This document shows positions 39,903 to 48,002 of a stretch of DNA of 64,000 bases, one piece after another. This DNA is from Chitinophagales bacterium (GTDB lineage: Bacteria > Bacteroidota > Bacteroidia > Chitinophagales > JAHQVX01). Below the pieces are notes generated by a model. It had not been told where the DNA came from, did not search any database, and worked only from the letters and a program-made list of their open reading frames with translations. Every line of letters starts with the position of its first letter. Positions within the stretch are counted from its first letter, which is position 1. The DNA lies in assembly GCA_965215685.1 (NCBI GenBank), contig OZ244113.1, positions 2,429,652 to 2,493,651 of the forward strand. The letters run 5' to 3'. The position numbers and the translations under genes are program-made.

Positions 39903-40831
39903 TCAGGAATGTCAACGATCTCAGGAGCTTCAGTGTCTGTAATCGTAATCGTTTGCACACAAGTTACCGGAGTCCGGCCTTCACAGGGTGGAGTAGCTGT
40001 CCAGGTTCTTTCAATTACCTCTGTACAACCATCATCGCTTATCGTAACATCGTTATAAGTAATCTCTGCTTCACAATTGTTGGTAATTGTGGCTTCACCA
40101 AGAACTGCAGGGTCAATAGATTCATCACATTCAACCGTAACATCATCCGGACAATCTAAAACCGGTGTACATTCTTCACAATCTTCCGGTCCCGGAACAT
40201 CTGTAAAATATTCATTCGGACCTGCCTTTATAGCAAATTGAATAGTGCCAACGGGTTGAATACCATCAACACATAGGAAATACATGGCAGAACCACCCTG
40301 GTCAAATTTAACTCCACATATACCTGTTGTCGGATCTTGCCCCTGCGTTGGTGCCCCATTTCCCGGTACTTGTGTTATATCACAGGTGGTGTCGTCAATT
40401 GTCCAGGTTCCCACCGTAGTATTCTCAGGGTCATCGAGACAAGTGCTTTCACAGTCGTTTTCTCCAAAAATTACATGACTTATCCCGGGGCTTTCATTGT
40501 CATCAATACAGTAGTAGAAATATGACTTACAATTAACGTAATCATATTCCACTCCCGCAAAAATGATCGTATGCGTGGTTCCAGAAATGGTTATGGGTGT
40601 GTTGGCATCACAAGCAATGTCACAATGGTTTAGCAATTCAGTTCTGTCGTCGTAAATAGGAAATACTGAAAAATCATCGATTGCTATTTGAGCAGATATA
40701 TTCAGAGATAACATAAGCAAAACGGCAGTTTCTAATAGCAGAACGGCCGTTTTTCTTATAGACGAAAATACTTCCAAATTTGTGCAACAAGAGCGTACAC
40801 ATGATGTTGATATTGTTTTGAAATCTATCAT
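39797..40831 (-). CDS. N-terminal portion of the same adhesin (signal-peptide-like N-terminus + HYR-like domain), truncated 17 codons after the junction
   Basis: 344-aa ORF with hydrophobic segment AVLLLETAVLLMLSLNISAQ. DDVTVECDESIDP...CTEVIERTWTATPPCEG...TITDTEAPE is HYR-like. Native sequence ends at ...NCNQDWPTSLSTT (39850), then SVTSSAAFPHSSSTLNV* is antisense repeat. Confidence 0.7.
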   Translation of the reverse strand: MIDFKTISTSCVRSCCTNLEVFSSIRKTAVLLLETAVLLMLSLNISAQIAIDDFSVFPIYDDRTELLNHCDIACDANTPITISGTTHTIIFAGVEYDYVNCKSYFYYCIDDNESPGISHVIFGENDCESTCLDDPENTTVGTWTIDDTTCDITQVPGNGAPTQGQDPTTGICGVKFDQGGSAMYFLCVDGIQPVGTIQFAIKAGPNEYFTDVPGPEDCEECTPVLDCPDDVTVECDESIDPAVLGEATITNNCEAEITYNDVTISDDGCTEVIERTWTATPPCEGRTPVTCVQTITITDTEAPEIVDIPDYTLPNCNQDWPTSLSTTSVTSSAAFPHSSSTLNV

Positions 40832-41388
40832 TTCTAGGGTTTTAGGTAGTAAAAAATATTTTTTAAAATGAAAATGCTAGCATGCAGTAAACCAGATATT
40901 GTTAAACTATTGGAACTGGCATGTTTATTTTTAAGTTTTTCCGTAAACCGCAGCCTGTTTAGGAAAAATTGAAATGATACTGATAACTTCCTTAAGCAAA
41001 AGTTGGAAATTATTGTTACGTATTCCGGATGGTTACATTGATGGGTTGGGTTGAAAAGGTAATATTGAATAGGCTCAATGGGCACACAATATTTCGTTAT
41101 GGGGTTCATACTTCTTGGGTTTACTAAATTTTAAATATTATTTCATTAAATACACAAATTAAAAATTTAAAAAATGTTTACTTGTTGACACGGTGAAGGG
41201 AGGTAATAAAGTAAGACTGTAGTTTCTTGTAAATCTCAAACTCCCCCTGTGATTGAATTTTGCTTTGAACATTTTTCTTAGGTTACAATAAAGATAAACT
41301 TTTTTCCGAAAAAACCTAACCTTGTCATAATTTTTGGGTGAAAACACCTGTTAGCACCAAGGGGTTTTCCTTTGCTGTATATAAAAAA

Positions 41389-41414
41389 GCCCCGTTATAC
41401 TTAAATAACGGGGC
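41389..41414 (-). terminator. Terminator downstream of rplI (bidirectional-looking)
   Basis: GCCCCGTTAT-acttaa-ATAACGGGGC, flanked by an A6 run upstream and a T-rich tract downstream on the plus strand. Lies 28 nt after the rplI stop. Confidence 0.65.
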
Positions 41415-41441
41415 GTTGTATTTTTTACACTAAGCTTTGGC

Positions 41442-41888
41442 TTATTCCGATACTACTTCAAACTCAAACTCAACATTGGTTTCTTTCGGAAGACTTATTT
41501 CTGCTTTATAAGTTCCCAATTCCTTAACATCATCAACAATGTTAATTTTTCTTCGGTCTATTTCGTAACCTGTTTCGGCTTTTATAGCATCGGACAACTG
41601 TAGAGTAGTAACACTACCGAACAATTTACCCGAAGTACCTGTTTTACCACCTACTTTAATAGTTGCGGCTTCAACAGCTTTAACTACTTCCCGCACTTCG
41701 GCCATTAATTTTTCTTCTTCGGCTTTTCTAACCTTTATTCTTTCTTCAAGTTTAGCTTTGTTATCGGCATTTGCCACAACGGCCATTCCCTTAGGAATTA
41801 AAAAATTCCTGGCATAACCGGGTTTTACGCTTATCAAATCATCGGCGTAGCCAAGGTTTTCCATATCTTGTAATAAAATGATCTCCAT
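41442..41888 (-). CDS. rplI: 50S ribosomal protein L9
   Basis: 148 aa, MEIILLQDMENLGYADDLISVKPGYARNFLIP. Confidence 0.95.
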   Translation of the reverse strand: MEIILLQDMENLGYADDLISVKPGYARNFLIPKGMAVVANADNKAKLEERIKVRKAEEEKLMAEVREVVKAVEAATIKVGGKTGTSGKLFGSVTTLQLSDAIKAETGYEIDRRKINIVDDVKELGTYKAEISLPKETNVEFEFEVVSE

Positions 41889-41893
41889 AACTT

Positions 41894-42163
41894 TTATTTA
41901 TAAAGGTCAGTAGTATATGGCATAAGCGAAAGGTGCCGTGCACGCTTTACAGCCTGGGCAATTTTACGCTGAAACTTAAGGGAGTTACCAGTTAGTCGGC
42001 GCGGTAACATCTTGCCTTGTTCGTTTACAAACCGCTTTAAGAACTCAGGGTCTTTATAGTCTATATACTTAATCCCGTATCGTTTAAAACGGCAGTACTT
42101 TTTATCGTCTTTTCCAATATTTACACTGGAAAGGAACTTGATGTCTTTTTTAGAGTGCGCCAT
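41894..42163 (-). CDS. rpsR: 30S ribosomal protein S18
   Basis: 89 aa, ...[36 protein letters not shown]. Confidence 0.95.
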   Translation of the reverse strand: MAHSKKDIKFLSSVNIGKDDKKYCRFKRYGIKYIDYKDPEFLKRFVNEQGKMLPRRLTGNSLKFQRKIAQAVKRARHLSLMPYTTDLYK

Positions 42164-42546
42164 TATTCTTCAACTTTTTGAGGTTCAACATTCTCTGCAA
42201 CTTTTTCGGGTTGCGGATTAGCTATCTTTTGCCTTCTTGTTTCAGCGTATGCTACACCGTACTTATCAAGTTTAATGGTTAAATAACGCATTACTTTTTC
42301 ATCGCGCTGCAATCCTACCTCAAATTTTTGAATAGCACTGGCCGGAGCCTTGTATTCCAAAAGAAAATACAAACCTGTAGTTTTCTTTTGAATAGGATAT
42401 GCAAGCTGCTTCAACCCCCAACTTTCACGGTGAACCATTTCCGCTTCCTGGCCTTTCAAATACTCTTCGTATTGATCGACCATTTGCCTGGCTTCACCTT
42501 CAGTGAGAACGGGAGTTACGATTAACATGGTTTCGTAGTGGTTCAC
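42163..42546 (-). CDS. rpsF: 30S ribosomal protein S6
   Basis: 127 aa, [12 protein letters not shown]... with GTG start. 1-nt overlap with rpsR. Confidence 0.95.
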   Translation of the reverse strand: MNHYETMLIVTPVLTEGEARQMVDQYEEYLKGQEAEMVHRESWGLKQLAYPIQKKTTGLYFLLEYKAPASAIQKFEVGLQRDEKVMRYLTIKLDKYGVAYAETRRQKIANPQPEKVAENVEPQKVEE

Positions 42547-42739
42547 AACTTACTTTTTAATTTATTATTTAATTTCTTTTTCCTGATTTTGTAAAATCGG
42601 GCTGCGAAGATAATGGTTTTAATTATTAACCTTAGTTAGAATAATAATTATTAGGTTCAGATTTTTAACAAAATCTATAATTCCCCCTGAAATTAGGACA
42701 GTAAATTAAATTATACTTTAGAATTAAATTTATTGTCAA

Positions 42740-43015
42740 ATGAAGAGAAGAAAATTCACATCAGATTTCAAATTTAAGGTTGTATTGGAAGCCTTAAGTG
42801 AACGCTACAGTATTCAGGAGTTAGCACGTAAATATGAGATACATGCTACCCAGATCAGTAATTGGAAGACCCAGTTCATCATGAACGGGCAACATGTTTT
42901 TGATCGTCCGGCAAAGGATAAAAAGACCGAGGAACAAGAAAGGGAGGAAGCCTTGTTAAAAACCATTGGCCAACAGAAGGTTGAGATTGATTTTTTAAAA
43001 AAAGCCTTATCATGA
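42740..43015 (+). CDS. IS3-family transposase OrfA (HTH)
   Basis: 91 aa, MKRRKFTSDFKFKVVLEALSERYSIQELARKYEIHATQISNWK, with a leucine-zipper-like C-terminus. Confidence 0.85.
   Translation: MKRRKFTSDFKFKVVLEALSERYSIQELARKYEIHATQISNWKTQFIMNGQHVFDRPAKDKKTEEQEREEALLKTIGQQKVEIDFLKKALS
42997..43004 (+). promoter_or_regulatory. A7G slippery site for -1 programmed frameshift (OrfAB fusion)
   Basis: ttA AAA AAA Gcc in the orfA frame. A -1 slip reads KKSLIMKEDV..., which is the orfB frame (orfB is +2 relative to orfA). Confidence 0.6.
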
Positions 43016-43872
43016 AAGAGGATGTGCAACAGAGAAGAGCACATGTTGATAAGGCACACGAGCTTAGTGTTGTTAAGCAATCGGAGTTGTTAAGTATCCA
43101 TCGTAGCGGGCTTTATTACAAACCTGTGGGAGAAACAGTTTTAAATTTGGAGTTGATGCGTCTGATTGACCAACAGTATATGAAATATCCTTTTTTGGGT
43201 GTACCGCGAATGACAGCTTGGCTAAGAAAAGACAAGGGTTATAAGATCAACAAAAAGCGTGTTGAGCGACTTTACCGGTTGATGGGTATAAGTGCCATAG
43301 GGCCAAAGCCAAATACATCTAAAAGGGGCAAAGGCTCAGGACACCGGGTTTACCCATATCTATTAAGATCCTTAGATATTACTCACGCCAATCAGGTATG
43401 GGCAACAGACATCACATACATTCCTATACAGGGTGGTTATTTATATTTATGTGCCATTATAGATGTGTATAGCCGTTATGTGGTAGGTTGGTCTTTATCT
43501 AATACCATGACTTCGGCATGGTGCAAAGATGTGTTGCAAGAAGCTGTAAGCCAGCATGGTAAACCCCAAATACTCAATACCGACCAGGGCAGCCAGTTTA
43601 CAGCCATTGAATTTAGTAGCTGGGTTAGCGAACAGGATATACGTTTAAGTATGGATGGGAAAGGACGAGCCATTGATAACATATTTATTGAACGTTTATG
43701 GCGAAGTGTAAAATATGAGCAAATTTATCTTTACCCTGCAGACGATGGTTTGGAGTGTTACAACGGATTAGTTAAATATTTTACTTACTACAATTGTGAA
43801 AGGCGGCATCAAAGTTTACAAGATGAATGTCCGGTATATTTATACAAACAACGAAAGAAGCAAGTGGCATGA
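43012..43872 (+). CDS. IS3-family transposase OrfB (DDE integrase core)
   Basis: 286 aa with WATDITYIP, LNTDQGSQFTA and ERLWRSVKYE motifs. ATGA overlap with the orfA stop. Confidence 0.9.
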   Translation: MKEDVQQRRAHVDKAHELSVVKQSELLSIHRSGLYYKPVGETVLNLELMRLIDQQYMKYPFLGVPRMTAWLRKDKGYKINKKRVERLYRLMGISAIGPKPNTSKRGKGSGHRVYPYLLRSLDITHANQVWATDITYIPIQGGYLYLCAIIDVYSRYVVGWSLSNTMTSAWCKDVLQEAVSQHGKPQILNTDQGSQFTAIEFSSWVSEQDIRLSMDGKGRAIDNIFIERLWRSVKYEQIYLYPADDGLECYNGLVKYFTYYNCERRHQSLQDECPVYLYKQRKKQVA

Positions 43873-44198
43873 AAACGGCTTTACCACATTTCAACACTAT
43901 GGGTGGAAAAAAAGAATGGTTTTTCCATGTATTGAAATGTGGAAAAGCCTTCATGTCTCACTTAACTTTACATTTTTACTGTCCTAACGATGGGGGGAAT
44001 TATAGTATTGAAAATATCGCTTGGGTGACCCATTTACGGAAGTCAGGAAACTCTTGAATCTTCCTATTTTCAATCGTTCTAACCCCGAGATATTAGCCGA
44101 ACCCAGGTTAAACGTGAATAGTGGATAAGAAATTCCGTTTACGGAATTGTTTGTGTTATTCGTAATAAATTGTCCATAAATGCTTTAATGAATGTTTT

Positions 44199-44322
44199 AA
44201 CCACGAATTTGCTAACCATACCTGTATTTCTTAGAAACAATTATAAGCTAATAGTACCAATTTGGTTTCGCTCCGCGAAACTAATCATCAGTTCTGGAAG
44301 AAAAATTCGTGCATTCGTGGTT
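44199..44322. repeat. MITE-like 124-bp element, ATTCGTG subfamily (copy A2)
   Basis: AACCACGAAT...ATTCGTGcATTCGTGGTT (perfect 10-bp termini). Internal hairpin GTTTCGC-tcc-GCGAAAC at the same relative position as in A1. Confidence 0.6.
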
Positions 44323-44518
44323 ATCCCGAAACTTTGGGTTAACAACCAGAGAAGGAAAAGTAACGAGATATTGAATTATTTTGTATGTCCTTGTGGTTAT
44401 TTACATTTGTCTTCATAAGTCAATCGTTGTAAAACGGTCAACATGTTTGAGGGATGAACAACTCCCTAAATTCGAACTACGAACACCAAAAAGAAAACAC
44501 TATTTTCAAACGCATAAA

Positions 44519-47500
44519 ATGAACGCTAAAAATCATATTACAGGCTTTGTGCTTTTTTGTTTCCTAAGTATTTTTTCCATTCCGGAGCTTTCGGCCCAAC
44601 ATCAGTACCTGCAGGGGTATGAAGAAACGATAGCAGGAACAAACTTTACCTATCATTCTCCATTACCTGATGTGGACGCATCTTTGTTGGTAAGAGCGCG
44701 GGCAGATTACGAGCCCATCAGTTGGAGAACAGAAAAAATACCACAAAGCTGGAAAGGTGAACGCGTACAATTTATTTGGGTCTATGGCATAGACGTAAGT
44801 GCTAATACCGTAGCCTTTGATTTGCTTATCAACGGTGAAAAATGGCTTACGTTCACTAATCCGGCCACCAATGAGGCCGAGGAAATGTCCTTTCAGGGAA
44901 AACACGCATCTACACTTACGCTAAGAAAAAATATGGTGGACAAACATAAAGACCAAATGGGATTTGCCGTGCTTGATCTGCCTGTTGCACAGCTTAAAAA
45001 AGGCCGGCCCCTGAAATTAACGGTTGATGGCGGCGACCAAAACAGCAATTTATGGTTTATGACATACCGTACGGCGTTGCGTGAAAGTTCCTCGGTAGAA
45101 CAGAACAAAATAGCCGTAAAAAATAAAGACGGGTTAAACTATGTTGCCCGATTCCACTTTACCCATTTGGGAGAACCCACTACAGCCCAACTTAAAATAA
45201 ACAACAATCGGAAAAAAGTGATGTTGCAGCCGGGCCATAACAGCTTCGATTTGCTCCTGCCCGCCGTTAAAACGACCAAAAAATTAACGGCTGCAACAAA
45301 GGTCGGCAACAATAACTGGAAAGAACTGCCTCTTACCATTGCCCCTATAAAGGAATGGACAATTTACCTAGTACAGCATAGCCATACAGATATCGGTTAT
45401 ACCCGGCCGCAGACAGAAATTTTAGCTGATCATCTGCGGTACATTGATTATGCATTAGATTATTGCGATCAAACCGATAATTATCCTGAAGATGCTCAAT
45501 TCCGCTGGACCTGCGAAGCATCCTGGGCCGTGCGCGAATACCTTAAAAGCCGGCCTCAATCACAAATTGACCGTCTGCTTAAAAGAATTAAAGAAGGCCG
45601 GATAGAAGTAACAGGTATGTTTTTTAACTTCTCTGATGTGGTTAGCGAAGCAGCCCTGGCCCAACAAGTTCAACCCGTAAAGCGATTTAAGGAAAACGGT
45701 ATTGTAGTAGAAACCGCCATGCAAAACGATGTGAACGGTATCGGCTGGTCTATGATCGACTATTTTGCCCACACCGATGTAAAATACCTAACCATGGGTC
45801 AGCATGGCCATCGTGCGCGCATACCATTTGATAAGCCCACTTCTTTTTACTGGCAGTCAAAGGCCGGAAACCGACTATTGGCGTACCGAAGCGAGCATTA
45901 TATGCATGGTAATGCACTAAGCTTAACATCGGGATATATAGATGTGTTTAGAGATAATCTCATTCAGTATTTAAACAAATTGGAACGCAGAAAATATCCG
46001 TTCGATCGCACAGCCATACAATTCTCAGGTTATGTAACCGACAACTCTCCACCATCTACCCTGGCTTGCGACATTGTGAAAGAATGGAATGAAAAATATG
46101 AATGGCCAAAACTTAAACTAACCCTTGCCAGTGAGTTTATGCGCTTTGTAAATACCCACAAGGCAAACCAACTACCAGTTAAACAAGTGGCCTGGCCAGA
46201 TTGGTGGACAGATGGTTTTGGCTCTGCAATGAATGAAACCAAGGCCGCAAGAAACACAAGTGCCAACCTGGTAACCACGTCAGGGCTACAGGCCATGGCA
46301 AGGCTTTTGGGTAATACATTGCCCGAAAATTCTGTAGCCGATATCAGCTCCTGTTATGATAATTTATTGTTTTATTCTGAACATACTTTCGGATCAAGTG
46401 AAAGCATCAGTGACCCAATGTCGGAAAGCACAACACTGCAGTGGAATGAAAAAGCGGCTTATGTATGGACGGCACGTAAGCAGGAAGGTATTTTACGCGA
46501 GAAAATATTAGGCGTATTGCAATCAAACATAAATAAGCAAAATGTTCCAACGCTTACCGTTTTCAATACCTTAAGCCGTAAAAGATCGGGTTTTCTCACC
46601 AGTTACATTGTACATAGAACATTACCGCCTGGCTATGCCTTTACTATTACTGATTCAGAAGGCAAGGAGGCTAAAGCATATCCGGTACTTAGTCATAGTG
46701 ATGGAACTTACTGGATGATTTATGCGGAAGATGTGCCAGCTTTCGGCTTTAAATCGTACCGAATTAATGTACAGAAAAAACAGGCAGATAATAAAACTAT
46801 AACATCCAAAGCTAATGTGTTGGAAAACAGATTTTACAGAATTGAAATTGACGAAGATAATGGTGGTATATCCTCGTTAATTGATAAGGAATTAGACCAT
46901 GAGTTATTGGATAAAGACGCTGAACATAACCTGGGGCAACTTATTTATGAAGAAATAAGGTCTCGAAGAGATTTGGAACGGCTTACAAATTCAAACCGCG
47001 ATACAACGTATAGAGAAATTGACAGAAAATGGACGTTATTAAAAGATGTTGAAATTGTGCAACATGAGAAGAATGACATTTTTGACGGCTTATTAATTAA
47101 AGGCCGGTTAGACAATTGTGTTGATGAACGCGGAATTGAAATAAATATTAAACTATTTCATTCTCAAAAACGCATTACCTTAAACTACTCTATGAATAAG
47201 CTGGAGAACACATCTCCAGAGGCTTTGTATGTTGCCTTTCCGTTTCATGTGAAAAATGGTTCTTTATCTTTTGATGTGCAGGGCGGAAGTATTGAGCCGG
47301 GAGTGGATCAACTTGAAGGCACTGCGCACGACTGGAATACCATACAAACCTTTGCAGCCGTGCAAAACGATGAGGAACAAATTCTGTTTTCATCGGTAGA
47401 TGTGCCTTTAGTGCAGTTTGGAGCCATAAATACAGGCAGGTTTTACTACAAACACAGGCCCCAAACAAACCATATTTATTCATGGGTGCTGAACAATTAC

Positions 47501-47926
47501 TGGACTACAAATTTCAAGGCGAGCCAAAGTGGGGGCATGAAGTGGACATATACCCTGACATCAGGAAAAAAAGACCATAAAGTAACTCCCGAAAACTTTG
47601 GATTAGAAAACTACGTTCCGCTGGCAGCAAGGGTGCTTCCGGCAGGCACGGGTATTAACGAACCACTATCACAGGTATCGTTACTTCCCGAAATGCCCGA
47701 TAACGTATTATTGGTAAATGCAACCGCTACCCCTAAAGGCGATGTAATACTGCAACTGAGGGAAAGTCGGGGAGGGCAGGCAAACGTAGATTTTACGCCG
47801 GCAGGTACAAATACCCATTGGTATATAAGCGAAGTAAATGTAATAGGTGAGCCTTTGCGCGAAAATATCACTTCCTTAAGCTTAGATCATTTTGAAACTA
47901 AGTTTATTAAAATTACTATGAAGTAG
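44519..47926 (+). CDS. Glycoside hydrolase family 38-like protein (alpha-mannosidase-related), secreted
   Basis: The track ORF starts at 44381 within repeat-derived sequence. Met at 44519 gives the signal peptide MNAKNHITGFVLFCFLSIFSIPELSAQ. LVQHSHTDIGYT resembles the GH38 N-terminal metal site. Confidence 0.65.
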   Translation: MNAKNHITGFVLFCFLSIFSIPELSAQHQYLQGYEETIAGTNFTYHSPLPDVDASLLVRARADYEPISWRTEKIPQSWKGERVQFIWVYGIDVSANTVAFDLLINGEKWLTFTNPATNEAEEMSFQGKHASTLTLRKNMVDKHKDQMGFAVLDLPVAQLKKGRPLKLTVDGGDQNSNLWFMTYRTALRESSSVEQNKIAVKNKDGLNYVARFHFTHLGEPTTAQLKINNNRKKVMLQPGHNSFDLLLPAVKTTKKLTAATKVGNNNWKELPLTIAPIKEWTIYLVQHSHTDIGYTRPQTEILADHLRYIDYALDYCDQTDNYPEDAQFRWTCEASWAVREYLKSRPQSQIDRLLKRIKEGRIEVTGMFFNFSDVVSEAALAQQVQPVKRFKENGIVVETAMQNDVNGIGWSMIDYFAHTDVKYLTMGQHGHRARIPFDKPTSFYWQSKAGNRLLAYRSEHYMHGNALSLTSGYIDVFRDNLIQYLNKLERRKYPFDRTAIQFSGYVTDNSPPSTLACDIVKEWNEKYEWPKLKLTLASEFMRFVNTHKANQLPVKQVAWPDWWTDGFGSAMNETKAARNTSANLVTTSGLQAMARLLGNTLPENSVADISSCYDNLLFYSEHTFGSSESISDPMSESTTLQWNEKAAYVWTARKQEGILREKILGVLQSNINKQNVPTLTVFNTLSRKRSGFLTSYIVHRTLPPGYAFTITDSEGKEAKAYPVLSHSDGTYWMIYAEDVPAFGFKSYRINVQKKQADNKTITSKANVLENRFYRIEIDEDNGGISSLIDKELDHELLDKDAEHNLGQLIYEEIRSRRDLERLTNSNRDTTYREIDRKWTLLKDVEIVQHEKNDIFDGLLIKGRLDNCVDERGIEINIKLFHSQKRITLNYSMNKLENTSPEALYVAFPFHVKNGSLSFDVQGGSIEPGVDQLEGTAHDWNTIQTFAAVQNDEEQILFSSVDVPLVQFGAINTGRFYYKHRPQTNHIYSWVLNNYWTTNFKASQSGGMKWTYTLTSGKKDHKVTPENFGLENYVPLAARVLPAGTGINEPLSQVSLLPEMPDNVLLVNATATPKGDVILQLRESRGGQANVDFTPAGTNTHWYISEVNVIGEPLRENITSLSLDHFETKFIKITMK

Positions 47927-48002
47927 CCGTAAACAGTTATAAAGTCGGCAGTCAACCAACATTTCTTATCTTTATCGTCCTTCCAAAAAGAAGTGATAGA
48001 AT

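Larger units (their letters stand above)
42675..44005 (+). mobile_element. IS3-family insertion sequence (~1.33 kb)
   Basis: orfA/orfB pair in 0/-1 frames. About 31-bp imperfect terminal inverted repeats CTATAATTCCCCCtgaaaTTAGGACAGTAAA (left) versus the reverse complement of TTTACTGTCCTAAcgatgGGGGGGAATTATAG (right). No convincing target duplication was seen. Confidence 0.75.

Noticed and set aside
43796-44057. Two small plus-strand ORFs (63 and 76 aa) at the right end of the IS3 element
   Set aside because: They overlap the orfB 3' end and the terminal inverted repeat in other frames. No homology recognised. Typical IS-end noise.
44170-44518. ORF 44170..44418 and the long N-terminal extension of the GH38 ORF (track start 44381)
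   Set aside because: Both lie in MITE-like and intergenic sequence. Met at 44519 yields a canonical signal peptide, so the upstream extension is unlikely to be translated.
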